Below, piece by piece: positions 16,356 to 25,949 of a stretch of 32,000 bases of DNA (positions are counted from its first letter, which is position 1; each line of letters begins with the position of its first letter). The notes beneath the pieces are model-generated. The model saw nothing but the letters and a program-made list of their open reading frames with translations. It did no database searches and had not been told where the DNA came from. The position numbers and the translations under genes were made by a program. The DNA comes from Ostreococcus tauri (Eukaryota): assembly GCA_002158475.1 (NCBI GenBank), contig KZ155780.1, positions 519,092 through 551,091 on the forward strand, written 5' to 3'.

Positions 16356-17903
16356 ATGGGGATGTTCGCCCGCGCGCGCGTCGACGCGCGCGCGGGTGAG
16401 ACCTCGGTGACGGATGAAGTGGCGTGGGACGTCGTGATCGTCGGCGCGGGCGTCGCGGGGGCGTCGTTGGCGCACGGATTGGGGGTCGAGGGCCGACGCG
16501 TGTTGGTGATCGAGCGCGACATGTCGACGCCGGATCGCATCGTCGGGGAGTTGTTGCAGCCGGGGGGGTACGTGAAGTTGAAGGAACTCGGGTTGGCGTC
16601 GTGCGTGGAGGGGATCGACGCGCAGAAGGTGTACGGGTACACCATGTTTAAAAATGGTGAGGTGGCGACGATGACGTATCCGCTCGAGGGACGGACGGAT
16701 GACGTCGCGGGACGGAGCTTTCATAACGGGAGATTCGTGCAAAAGCTTCGAGAGAAGGCGATGGAGGTGGAGGGGGTGACGATAATTCAGGGCACGGTGA
16801 AGAAGCTCCTGAATGACCGCGGAGAGGAGTGGAGCGGAGAGGACGGCCAACGCGTCGCAGGCGTGTCTTACACCGTCGGCGGAGAGACGTGGGATAAGGA
16901 GAAGAATGCGCTCGTTCGCGATGCGTCGACGATGCAAACGCACGCCGTGTACGCTCCGCTCACCGTGGTTTGCGACGGACACTTTAGCAGTCTGCGTACA
17001 AAACTGTCACCGAAATCCACGCCCAACCATCCGAGCCACTTCGTCGGCGTCATCTTGAAGGGGGCGCCGAATGATTTGCTTCCGAACGGGCATCACGGAC
17101 ACGTGGTCCTCGGAGATCCATCTCCGGTGCTATTCTATCCAATCTCCAGCACCGAAGTTCGGTGCCTCGTGGACATTCCGGCTTCGGTGAAGATGCCGTC
17201 GGTGGCCAAGGGCGAGATGGCCAAGTACGTGCTAGAGAAGATCGTCCCACAGGTGCCAGAGAAGCTCAGGCCGCACCTCGTCAAGGCGGTGGAGGAAGGT
17301 CGATTCAGATCGATGCCGAACAAGACGATGGCTGCGAAACCCAGCCGAACACCCGGCGCGGTGTTGCTCGGCGACGCGTTCAACATGCGCCACCCGCTCA
17401 CGGGGGGCGGGATGACCGTGGCGCTCAACGATATTTCCACCTTTAAGTCCATGCTGAGCCCGCTGCCAAACTTTTCAGATTCAAAGGCGACGGCGGCCAA
17501 GTTGGATGAGTTTTACCGCCACCGAACGCGACCGGCGCTCACGATCAATACGCTCGCCAACGCGCTGTACGCGGTGTTTTGCTCCGACGGCGACTCAAGC
17601 ATGGATGAGATGCGTCAGGCGTGCTTCGAGTACCTACGATTGGGTGGCACCTACGCCAGAGGTCCGATCGCGCTTCTCAGTGGACTCGATCCGAATCCGC
17701 TCAATCTCGTCATACACTTCTTTAGCGTCGCCCTCTTCGGCATCGGCAGACTCATGGTGCCGCTCCCGACGCCCGAGCGCTTGCTTAAGAGCGGGAACAT
17801 CCTTACCGGGGCGTGCAAGATCATTTTCCCCATCGTTAAGGGGGAAGGTTTCGCCCGAATGTTCTTTCCGGCGTGGGTTCGAACGAAGATGGGTATCATT
17901 TAG
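16356..17903 (+). CDS. SQE: Squalene monooxygenase (squalene epoxidase)
   Basis: True ATG at 16356. The FAD fingerprint is DVVIVGAGVAGASLAHGLGVEGRRVLVIERD. IVGELLQPGGYVKLKELGL, SFHNGRFVQKLR, LTVVCDGHFSSLR, VLLGDAFNMRHPLTGGGMTVAL and INTLANALY are hallmark SQLE/ERG1 blocks. Confidence 0.95.
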   Translation: MGMFARARVDARAGETSVTDEVAWDVVIVGAGVAGASLAHGLGVEGRRVLVIERDMSTPDRIVGELLQPGGYVKLKELGLASCVEGIDAQKVYGYTMFKNGEVATMTYPLEGRTDDVAGRSFHNGRFVQKLREKAMEVEGVTIIQGTVKKLLNDRGEEWSGEDGQRVAGVSYTVGGETWDKEKNALVRDASTMQTHAVYAPLTVVCDGHFSSLRTKLSPKSTPNHPSHFVGVILKGAPNDLLPNGHHGHVVLGDPSPVLFYPISSTEVRCLVDIPASVKMPSVAKGEMAKYVLEKIVPQVPEKLRPHLVKAVEEGRFRSMPNKTMAAKPSRTPGAVLLGDAFNMRHPLTGGGMTVALNDISTFKSMLSPLPNFSDSKATAAKLDEFYRHRTRPALTINTLANALYAVFCSDGDSSMDEMRQACFEYLRLGGTYARGPIALLSGLDPNPLNLVIHFFSVALFGIGRLMVPLPTPERLLKSGNILTGACKIIFPIVKGEGFARMFFPAWVRTKMGII

Positions 17904-17971
17904 AATTGTTTTACGTAATAAACACGCTTACGTTCGATTACACCCTGATTCAGTCACTCGCGCGCTCCGCA

Positions 17972-18553
17972 TCAATCGTCGAACGGATACTCCTCCGGCA
18001 CAATCTCCACCAACTTGATCCGAATCGCAAACTTATCCCCGTTCCCGGCCAGAGGATCGCTCTCGAACGCGCACGTCGTCCGCACCCGCACCGCCTCGAG
18101 CGCGCCTCGAATCGCTCCGCACAACGCGTTACAGTAACACAACCCCTCGTACCGCTTCGGCAACTCCACGAACTCCGCCAAGGGATTCGTATCCATCTCT
18201 ATCACGCACTCGTCTACATCCTCGCTCCAATCCCTCGTCCTCGCGTCGACGCCCAGGAACATCTTCAGCGCCGTCTTCGCCACCGCCTCGCACGCGTCTT
18301 CGAACGACCGACACGCCCGCGCGCCCGCGCCCGTCCTCGACAAATACTCCTCCACGATGCGCGTCCCCATCGACCGTCCGACGCGCTCCAGCGCCGCGTT
18401 CGTCGCGTCCACGTCGTCCTCGCGATCGCGTAAAATTTGTCGCACCAGCGCCCCGTACGTCAGCGCGAACAGCTCCCCCGAGCACCGCTCCGCCCCCTGC
18501 CAGCACCGCGCCCCCGCGATCGCGGGATCCGTCCGCCGTCGTCCGTCCGCCAT
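17972..18553 (-). CDS. TRAPPC3: TRAPP complex subunit 3 (Bet3)
   Basis: True ATG at 18551-18553; the track start at 18634 is GTG inside the 44-bp repeat. ELFALTYGALVRQIL, VGRSMGTRIVEEYLSR, AVAKTALKMFLGV, NPLAEFVELP and LCYCNALCGAIRGALEAV are collinear with human TRAPPC3. Confidence 0.9.
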   Translation of the reverse strand: MADGRRRTDPAIAGARCWQGAERCSGELFALTYGALVRQILRDREDDVDATNAALERVGRSMGTRIVEEYLSRTGAGARACRSFEDACEAVAKTALKMFLGVDARTRDWSEDVDECVIEMDTNPLAEFVELPKRYEGLCYCNALCGAIRGALEAVRVRTTCAFESDPLAGNGDKFAIRIKLVEIVPEEYPFDD

Positions 18554-18619
18554 CGCGCGCGCGCCGTCGCGCGCCGTCGTGCGCGATGTCGCGCCGTCTC
18601 GTCGTCCATCCGTTCGCCT

Positions 18620-18971
18620 CGATCGGTGACCCACCTTTCATCCATTCGGTGTCCCTTTGGCGTCGATCGGTGACCGACCTTTCATCCATTCGGTGTCCCT
18701 TTGGCGTCGATCGGTGACCGACCTTTCATCCATTCGGTGTCCCTTTGGCGTCGATCGGTGACCGACCTTTCATCCATTCGGTGTCCCTTTGGCGTCGATC
18801 GGTGACCGACCTTTCATCGGTTCGAGCGTCCCTTTGGCGTCGATCGGTGACCGACCTTTCATCCATTCGGTGTCCCTTTGGCGTCGATCGGTGACCCACC
18901 TTTCATCCATTCGGTGTCCCTTTGGCGTCGATCGGTGACCCACCTTTCATCCATTCGGTGTCCCTTTGGCG
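18620..18971. repeat. 44-bp tandem repeat, 8 full copies with degenerate copies on both flanks
   Basis: The unit is cgatcggtgacc[c/g]acctttcatccattcggtgtccctttggcgt. Copies start at 18620, 18664, 18708, 18752, 18796 (variant), 18840, 18884 and 18928. Degenerate copies lie at about 18596-18619 and 18972-19000. Each unit begins with the palindromes CGATCG and GGTGACC. Confidence 0.95.
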
Positions 18972-19069
18972 TCGATCGACGCATTCATTCGGTCGGCATC
19001 CGCCGGCGCGCGTCCGCATCCGCGCCCGTCGCGTCGACGCATCCGCGATCGACACCGCGCCCGCGCGCG

Positions 19070-21259
19070 ATGGCGCGCCGAGCCGCCGTCGCGCGCGTCG
19101 ACGGCGGCGCGGCGACGCGACGGGGACGACGGGCGTCGCGACGGCGCGCGACGGGCGACCGAATGACGGGCGACGCGCTCGAACGCGCGCGCGCGCTGGG
19201 CGGGACGGTGGGCGCGCGCGCGCGCGCGCTCGGGACGCGGGATGGCGCCGGGACGCGCGCGGTGCTCGGAACGCGATCGGTCGTGGGCGCGCGACGGGAG
19301 GGGGGGATGATTGTCGCGGGGCGCGGCGCGGCGCGCGCGGAATCCGGCGCGGCGCGCGGAGACGACGCGTTCGGGGATCCGAATAGCCCTGGGTTCGCGT
19401 TCAGTCGGTTGTCGAGCGCGGGTGGGGAGTCGTTGCGGAGCGATGGGGTCGCGCGCGCGGATGCGGCGAAGCGGTTGGATCGTTTGGAGGCGCTGACGCA
19501 GATGCGCGAGCTGTACGGGGTGGCGGTGGCGTGCGATCGAACGCTCGCGGAAGGGGTGGATTCGACGTCTCAGAGCGAGCTCAGAGCGCTGACGGAGTAC
19601 GAATTGATGAGTGAGGAGCTCGAGCGGGCGATGCGGGGGCTGGAGGATCTCGTGGACGCCCTCCAGGCGCTCGCGCTCGAGCGGGACAAGCTCAAGGCGG
19701 CGCCGCAGACGCTATCGTTGCGCGGTTGGGACTCTCTCTTCGAGGATCCCGAGGAATCTAGAACGAAATTATCCACGCTGTTCGCCGAGTTCGAGGCGCG
19801 CGCCGACGCGAGGTACGCCGAGCTCTTGGCTCTGCTCCCGTACGCCTCGGTGGATGAGGCCGAGACGGCGTTGGAGCGCACTCGCGCCGCGCTCTTGGCG
19901 GCGATAGAGGAGGAGGGCGAGGGCGGACAAGTTGGCTCGGCGTTTCGACCGTTCCAAAGAAAGATTGGCCGCTTCGCATCTAGGCGCTTGGGGGGCGCTT
20001 CCGAGGTTGTCGGGGGCGGCATCACCCAGCTCAAGGAGAAGCCGCGAGAGTCGCTCTCAGAGGTCGCGCAATATTCGAAAGGCGTCTGGGCTCGCATCAA
20101 CGGCGTCAAGCTCGGGGACAAGGGCGTTCCGGAGGTGCTGAAACCGTTTCCGATGCCCAAGGTGCAGCGCGAAAAACGTATGGCTCGAGTCATGCGCTTG
20201 GCCCTGGAGGTTCAGGACCGCGATAAAGCGCTCATCGAGGCGCAGCGCGCTCGCGACTCTCTCTTGGCGCAGGGACGCGGATCCAACGCGCTCGGACGCG
20301 TCGCGCTCGGTGAGAAAATTCGCGCCAGCGATGAGAAGGTTTCCGAGCTCAGACGCGTCTTCGCCGTGCGAACGCTGCAGATGGAGATGGAGCGCATCAT
20401 CTTGGCGCTCGAGGAGGAAGTCGCGACTCCGCCGGCTGACATGATCTCAAAGGCTGAGATCACGGATTTACAGCTCATGGTGGCCGAGTTCGGCGTCATG
20501 GATCTCTCGCTGCGAAGATTGATCTCGCTCGTCGATCGCGAGCAGATCGAACTGATTGACGACGAGGATCTTGGGAAGCTCGCGATGGACATCCCGGACA
20601 TGAAGGTGCGTCTGGCCGTGAATGACGACGCGACCTCGACGATGTCGCTCGAAATGGTGAAGGAGCGCGCTTCGCGCACGGTGGAAGAAGCTTCCGAGAC
20701 CGTACGTGAGGCCATAACGTTCGTCGTGCGCGGCGTCACGCTGATGGGGACCGACATCGGTCAGTCGGCTCGCCTGTTTTTGCGCGCAGCCTTTGGAACG
20801 ACGTTGCGCCCGCGCGAGGTACAACTTTTACGTCGCACAGTCTTGGACGTCTTCACCTTTGTGCCGTTCGTTATCATTCTCTTGATTCCGCTCACCCCCG
20901 TCGGCCACGTGTTGGTCTTTGGCTTTATTCAAAAGTATTTCCCGCAGCTCTTTCCGTCTCAGTTCACCACTCGCAGGCAAGAGTTGATGCAAAAGTACGA
21001 AGAACTCAAGGAGCAACTGGCCAAGGCGGAGCAAGAGGCGGACGTGGCAAACGAGGCCGAAGCCATCCGACGCGCCGTCGCCGCCGTGAGCACGGTGCGA
21101 GGGATGATCGGCGGGGCGGCCGTTGCCGAAGCGGACCTCTCCGAGGCCAACAACCGCGTCGACGCTCTTCGAGCGGAACTCGGCCGAGCCGAGTCCAAGA
21201 TCACGGAGACCATGGACGAGGAGGACGAGGGGGATTTGATGAACGAAAAGATCGACTAG
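19070..21259 (+). CDS. LETM1-like membrane protein (plant or chloroplast-type LETM1-like family)
   Basis: The first ATG in frame is at 19070; the track start at 18878 is TTG inside the repeat array. GVTLMGTDIGQSARLFLRAAFGTTLRPREVQLLRRTVLDVFTFVPFVIILLIPLTPVGHVLVFGFIQKYFPQLFPSQF matches the LETM1 ribosome-binding/TM core. The protein has long coiled-coil regions and an Arg/Ala-rich presequence. Confidence 0.75.
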   Translation: MARRAAVARVDGGAATRRGRRASRRRATGDRMTGDALERARALGGTVGARARALGTRDGAGTRAVLGTRSVVGARREGGMIVAGRGAARAESGAARGDDAFGDPNSPGFAFSRLSSAGGESLRSDGVARADAAKRLDRLEALTQMRELYGVAVACDRTLAEGVDSTSQSELRALTEYELMSEELERAMRGLEDLVDALQALALERDKLKAAPQTLSLRGWDSLFEDPEESRTKLSTLFAEFEARADARYAELLALLPYASVDEAETALERTRAALLAAIEEEGEGGQVGSAFRPFQRKIGRFASRRLGGASEVVGGGITQLKEKPRESLSEVAQYSKGVWARINGVKLGDKGVPEVLKPFPMPKVQREKRMARVMRLALEVQDRDKALIEAQRARDSLLAQGRGSNALGRVALGEKIRASDEKVSELRRVFAVRTLQMEMERIILALEEEVATPPADMISKAEITDLQLMVAEFGVMDLSLRRLISLVDREQIELIDDEDLGKLAMDIPDMKVRLAVNDDATSTMSLEMVKERASRTVEEASETVREAITFVVRGVTLMGTDIGQSARLFLRAAFGTTLRPREVQLLRRTVLDVFTFVPFVIILLIPLTPVGHVLVFGFIQKYFPQLFPSQFTTRRQELMQKYEELKEQLAKAEQEADVANEAEAIRRAVAAVSTVRGMIGGAAVAEADLSEANNRVDALRAELGRAESKITETMDEEDEGDLMNEKID

Positions 21260-21359
21260 TCGATCGCATTTTATTAGGAAAACCCATTAGAGTTGGTTTT
21301 TAATATTCACCAGCGGACGCAACAACGCAGTTGCGACGGTTATCCCAAACCGCACTAGC

Positions 21360-23025
21360 ATGCGCGCCGCGCGATTGACCCCGACCTCGCTCGCGCGTCA
21401 AGCGAACGCACACACATCGAAAGCGCGTGCGCGCGTCATGCCAGCGCCCAAGCGTGCGCGCGCGAGCGGTGAAAGGGCTGTTGACAGAGTGAATAAATTT
21501 CGTGCCGGTCCAAACAATGGTGTCGACGTCGCGTCGTCCGCTTCGCGTCCTCCTCGCGCAGGCGAGGTAGTGACCACGGAGACGTTTCGCGTCAAGGGAT
21601 TGCACCTGAGCGATCATTACCTCACGGTGCGACAGTCGTTGACTTCGCGCGAAGGACGAGGACTGACGGAGACGCGACTCGCCGCAGGCACCGCTGGCGC
21701 ACGATGCGGACGACGAGCACACGATCCGAGTGTTCTTTCGTGAGGTGGTGAGCGCGCAGAGAGGGAACGCGAGCGCGGCGGAGCGCGTGGGGTTACCGTG
21801 CGTGTTATTCTTGCAGGGCGGACCCGGGTTCGAGTGCGGGAGGCCGACCGAGGCGAGCGGTTGGTTGGGAGAGCTTACGAAGGATCATCGCGTGTTTCTC
21901 ATGGATCAGCGCGGAACTGGGAAGAGTAACGCGGAGATTCTTCGGCCGACGCGTTCTTCCGAGGATGAGTTGGAGCGTCCGACTCTGATTGTTGCCGGTA
22001 CCGACGGCTTCGACGCGGCAGAACAATGGGTCCACTTGTTAAAGTGCTTCAGGGCGGACTCGATCGTTCGAGACGCCGAGTTGTTCCGCAAGACGTTTCT
22101 CGGTGAAAACACGAAGTGGACGTTATTGGGTCAGAGTTTTGGTGGGTTTTGCATCACGACGTATCTGTCGTTTCATCCAGAAGGTGTGAAAGAGGCACTC
22201 CTCACCGGCGGTCTACCTCCTCTGATCGATGCGGACGCGCCGGCGTTCGAGGCGTATCTTAGGCTGATGAGGCGCGTGAAGACGCAAAACGAAAAATTTC
22301 GGAAGCGGTTCCCTGCGGACGTGAAACGAATCGAGTATTTGCATGAGCACATAAGAAACGCGAGCACTTCGTTGCCTGGCGGAGGTCAACTTACGCACAC
22401 GCATGTGCAAGCCCTTGGCTTCGCGAATCTCGGCACCGCTCAGGGAATGGAACGCCTGCACTACATTCTCGAACACGTCGAACCTGAGTCCACATTCGAG
22501 AAGCCCCTGACTCACAAGTTTCTCATAGAGGTCGAAAACGCCTTTCGACACTTTGAGACGAATCCATTGTACGCCATCCTTCATGAGAGCATTTACTGTA
22601 ACGGTGCGAACGCTTACGGCGCTGCGGATAAAGCATATGGACGGGGCGATTGGGCAGGCAGCGCAGATGAGTCGTACCCTGATATAGGTTATTTCACGGG
22701 CGAGATGGTGTTCGATGACTTCTTCAATGACATTCCGTCACTCGTGAAATACCGAGAGATTCGCGGAGCTCTGTTGCTACATGAGCACTGGCCCAAGTTG
22801 TACGACACGAATGCTTTATCCAAGAACACGGTCCCGGTCGCGTGTGCCAGTTACGTGGAAGACATGTTCGTCGATTTCGATTTAGCCGCCGAAACTGCCG
22901 CCAAGATTAACGGCGCTCGCGTGTGGGCGACGTCCGAGTACATGCACTCCGGTATCCGTGAGGACGGCGAGCGCATCGTCCGAAAGCTCCTCTCCTTCGT
23001 CCGCGACGAGGACCCGATTCGTTAA
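21360..23025 (+). CDS. PIP: Proline iminopeptidase (prolyl aminopeptidase, S33 alpha/beta hydrolase); two exons, 21360-21626 and 21688-23025
   Basis: Exon 1 ends ...ETFRVKGLHLSDHYLT. After a 61-nt GT..AG intron, exon 2 reads APLAHDADDEHTIRVFFREVV...LPCVLFLQGGPGFE...FLMDQRGTGKS...LLGQSFGG (the GxSxG nucleophile). The splice restores the conserved N-terminal block. An alternative ATG lies at 21438. Confidence 0.85.
21627..21687 (+). other. Spliceosomal intron, 61 nt
   Basis: The sequence is GTGCGACAGTCGTTGACTTCGCGCGAAGGACGAGGACTGACGGAGACGCGACTCGCCGCAG. It joins the frame of 21360 to the frame of 21730 and removes three in-frame stops. It has a branch-like ACTGAC. Confidence 0.8.
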
Positions 23026-23119
23026 TCTTTTACATGTAAATTCGCGCTATTTGATCTAAAAACAACCCTCGCCGGCCTTCCGCCTTCCGCCTCGCTCGTC
23101 GCTCTCCGTCCGTCGTCTC

Positions 23120-23305
23120 CTACCGTCGCGCGCGCACTCCCTCACCGCCGCCCCCCTCCGCACGCTTCGCCCGTTCGCTCGCCTCGGCGTAGTGCATGAA
23201 ACCCTTCGCCGCCGTCGCGACGAACCACCCGCCAGCGACGACCGTGGTGGCGAACAATCCGAACGTCGTCGCTCGAAAGGCGACGTCGACGAGCGAGCGG
23301 GACAT
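23120..23305 (-). CDS. Candidate 61-aa single-pass membrane protein, unassigned
   Basis: From the ATG at 23303-23305 it reads MSRSLVDVAFRATTFGLFATTVVAGGWFVATAAKGFMHYAEASERAKRAEGGGGEGVRARR. My hand-tallied GC1/GC2/GC3 is about 67/61/84 percent, which is coding-like. The in-frame upstream stretch to 23518 looks like a transit peptide but has no ATG. Confidence 0.35.
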   Translation of the reverse strand: MSRSLVDVAFRATTFGLFATTVVAGGWFVATAAKGFMHYAEASERAKRAEGGGGEGVRARR

Positions 23306-23562
23306 CCTTCGCCCCGTCGCGTCGCGTCCTCCGTCGAAAGCGCTCGAGAGGGGCGCGGATGCGGTGGATGACGCGTGCGTCGCGACGAGACGAACGCGAG
23401 CGCGGCGCGCGTCGTCGTCGTGGAGTGAGGCGTTGGGAGTGAACGCGTGACCGAGTCGCGGAGCGGTGCAACGGAACGTGGGCGATGACAAAGCACCGCG
23501 CGGTGGAACTAATCGCAAAACGACGCGAGCGCGAAGGATCGCGTGACTAATTTCAACGGATT

Positions 23563-25443
23563 TTACCAGGCGTCGTCGTCGGATCCATCGCCCCAGGCGT
23601 CGTCGGCGACGCCGGCGGCGGGCGCGGCGGCGCCCGGTGCGGCGACGGGCGCGCTTACCATCATGTGCTTGAACTTGTCCTCGACGGTGATGGTGACCCC
23701 GCCCTCGGTCTCGACGACGGCAGCCTCGTGCTGCTTGCCCTCGCGCCAGGCCCTGGCCTCCTCGCGTTCCTTGGCGCGAGCCTCGCGACCGGTGGCAAAG
23801 GCGAAAGCGTTGCCAGCCTCGAGCTCCATCAGCGCGCGCTTGATTTGAGCCACGATGAACGAGTCACGGTCGGTGTAGAAGGATGTCGATCGCCCAGACA
23901 TACCGGCGCGACCGGTACGACCGATGCGGTGGACGTAGTCTTCAAAGTTACGCGGTAAATCGAGGTTGACGACGTGGGCGACGCCCTTCACATCCAAACC
24001 GCGAGCGGCAACATCGGTGGCGACGAGCACGGAGCATCGACCCGTTTTGTAATCGTGAAGTGCCGCCTCACGCTCACCCTGCGAGCGACCGCCGTGAAGC
24101 GCAGCGGCGGACACATTCTCCGCGTTCAGGAGCTCGGCGATCTCGTCAGCGCGGTGCTTACGCTCAACGAACACCACAGTCATGGGCATGCTGTGGCCGA
24201 GCTTCTGCGCCTCGCGCTGCTCACTTATCAGCATGGTGACGAGTCTATCCACCTTTTCGGCGTCCACAACCTTTTCGAGTTGCTGGGACACATTTGCCGT
24301 GGGAGCGCTCGTTTGGCCCACCTTCACCTTGACAGGCTTATTCAGGTAGTCAGCGGCCAAAGCCTCGACTTCGACTGGCATCGTCGCCGAGAATAGAAGC
24401 GTTTGATGCGGCTTGGGCAAGTTCATCAGTACCTCGCGGATCTGCGGCTCGAAACCCATGTCGAGCATGCGATCGGCTTCGTCGAGGACGACAAAGGACA
24501 CTCGGGCTAGGTTTGTATTCCCTTGCTGCAAGTGATCGATCAAGCGACCCGGGGTGGCGACGACGATCTGCACTCCGCCTCGCAACATGCTTCGTTGCTC
24601 GCTCATGTTCGTCCCACCGACGATAATGGCCGTTCTAAACCCCCTGGAGCTTCGCGTGAACGTCTTCGCCTCCGTCTCGATTTGCTGCGCCAACTCCCGC
24701 GTCGGCGCCATCACGATCGCGAACGGCCCGTCCCCTTGCCTCAGCGGCGCTTGATTCAGCGCGTGTTGAATCATCGGAATCGAAAACGCCGCCGTCTTAC
24801 CGCTCCCCGTCTCCGCGCACCCCAAGACGTCCCGACCGCTCAGGATCACCGGAATCGCCTGCGCCTGAATCGGCGACGGCTTATCGTACTCCCTGAACTT
24901 AATGTCCGCCAGAATATCCCTCTTCAACTCCATGTCCTCGAAAGATTCGATCGCGCTCGGCGCCTCCGGCTCGCCGTCCTCGACGTCCACGGTCACCCCC
25001 AAGCGTTCGCGAATCTCCGTCGCCTGCGCCGTCGTGAGCGCCTCCGCCCGGGCGCTCGGTCGCCACGCCGCGAACACCGGCGCGTGCGCCCCACCGCGTG
25101 CCGCCCCACCGCCGCGTCCATCGCCGCGCGCGGCGTCGCGGTCGTCGAGCCGTCGACCCGGCGGCGGCCCTCGGTCGTCCCGATACCCACTCCCGCGTCC
25201 GTGGTCTCGCCCGTCGCCCGCGCTCGCGTTCGCGTGCGCGTCGCCGCCGCCTCGCAGGTGCGGGGGCACGTATCCCATCGCGCGTCCGCGCGCGCGCGTG
25301 CGACGCGGGCGCGTCGTCGAGGCGCGATCGCGGTCGCGGGCCTGCGCGTGGACGTGTGCCATGGCAGACTGTTCGCCCACACGGGGTGGTGGCGTCCACG
25401 CGACGCGCGCCGACCGTGCGTACATTGATTGAAATAGAGCCAT
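23563..25443 (-). CDS. DEAD-box ATP-dependent RNA helicase with mixed DDX3/Ded1-like and DDX41-like features
   Basis: The Q motif reads SFEDMELKRDILADI...YDKPSPIQAQAIP. The other helicase motifs are AETGSGKTAAF, PTRELA, VATPGRL, VLDEADRMLDMGF, LFSAT, VLVATDVAARGLD and HRIGRTGRAG. The N-terminus has MGYVPPHLRGGG. In-frame ATGs lie at 25443, 25425, 25362 and 25278, so the true start is uncertain. Confidence 0.9.
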   Translation of the reverse strand: MALFQSMYARSARVAWTPPPRVGEQSAMAHVHAQARDRDRASTTRPRRTRARGRAMGYVPPHLRGGGDAHANASAGDGRDHGRGSGYRDDRGPPPGRRLDDRDAARGDGRGGGAARGGAHAPVFAAWRPSARAEALTTAQATEIRERLGVTVDVEDGEPEAPSAIESFEDMELKRDILADIKFREYDKPSPIQAQAIPVILSGRDVLGCAETGSGKTAAFSIPMIQHALNQAPLRQGDGPFAIVMAPTRELAQQIETEAKTFTRSSRGFRTAIIVGGTNMSEQRSMLRGGVQIVVATPGRLIDHLQQGNTNLARVSFVVLDEADRMLDMGFEPQIREVLMNLPKPHQTLLFSATMPVEVEALAADYLNKPVKVKVGQTSAPTANVSQQLEKVVDAEKVDRLVTMLISEQREAQKLGHSMPMTVVFVERKHRADEIAELLNAENVSAAALHGGRSQGEREAALHDYKTGRCSVLVATDVAARGLDVKGVAHVVNLDLPRNFEDYVHRIGRTGRAGMSGRSTSFYTDRDSFIVAQIKRALMELEAGNAFAFATGREARAKEREEARAWREGKQHEAAVVETEGGVTITVEDKFKHMMVSAPVAAPGAAAPAAGVADDAWGDGSDDDAW

Positions 25444-25949
25444 GACGTATCACATCGACGCCACCGCCCGCGACGCCCACGACGCGCGCGCGCGACGCGA
25501 TCGATCCGTCTCTGTACGACGCGCGCACGATGGCCAAGGGCGAGCCGACGAGGTGCGTCGACGCGACGCGCGGTCGACGCGACGGCGCGGACGGTCGACG
25601 CGGCGCGCGCGTGGGTGGGCGGGCGCGCTGGCGGGGCGCGGGATCGTCATCGTTTGGGGTTTCGACGACGGGGCGCGGTGGAGACGGACGAGGGATTCGC
25701 GATCGCGATGGACGCGCGCGCGATGGACGAGGTCGGGGATGTATCGATGGTTTACGTGCCGGCGACTGGTGCGCGCGCGTGGGCGGAGACGAGGGATGCG
25801 CGCGGTGTGATTGGGACGAAGGATGCGCGCGCGTGAGACCCTAAAGCGCATCGACGGGCGGACTCGAGGGAGGAGGTCTCGGCGACGCGCGCGGCGATCG
25901 GTGGACGTGATGCGTCGGTCGATGGAAGGGATCATATTACGTGCGACGG

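Noticed and set aside
18620-18971. The 44-bp array considered as a CRISPR array
   Set aside because: The units are directly adjacent with no unique spacers, and the context is a eukaryotic bidirectional promoter with no cas genes. It is a minisatellite-type tandem repeat.
18554-19069. N-terminal extensions of TRAPPC3 (to 18634) and of the LETM1-like gene (from 18878) given by the ORF track
   Set aside because: Both extensions start at GTG or TTG inside the 44-bp repeat array. The first real ATGs are at 18553 and 19070, and TRAPPC3 from 18553 already matches the full-length homologue.
23056-23496. A 146-aa minus ORF and an 84-aa plus ORF (23196-23450) in the PIP/helicase gap
   Set aside because: Their composition is Arg/Ser/Thr-rich. 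Position-specific GC favours the other minus frame (23120-23305/23518), which I reported at low confidence instead.
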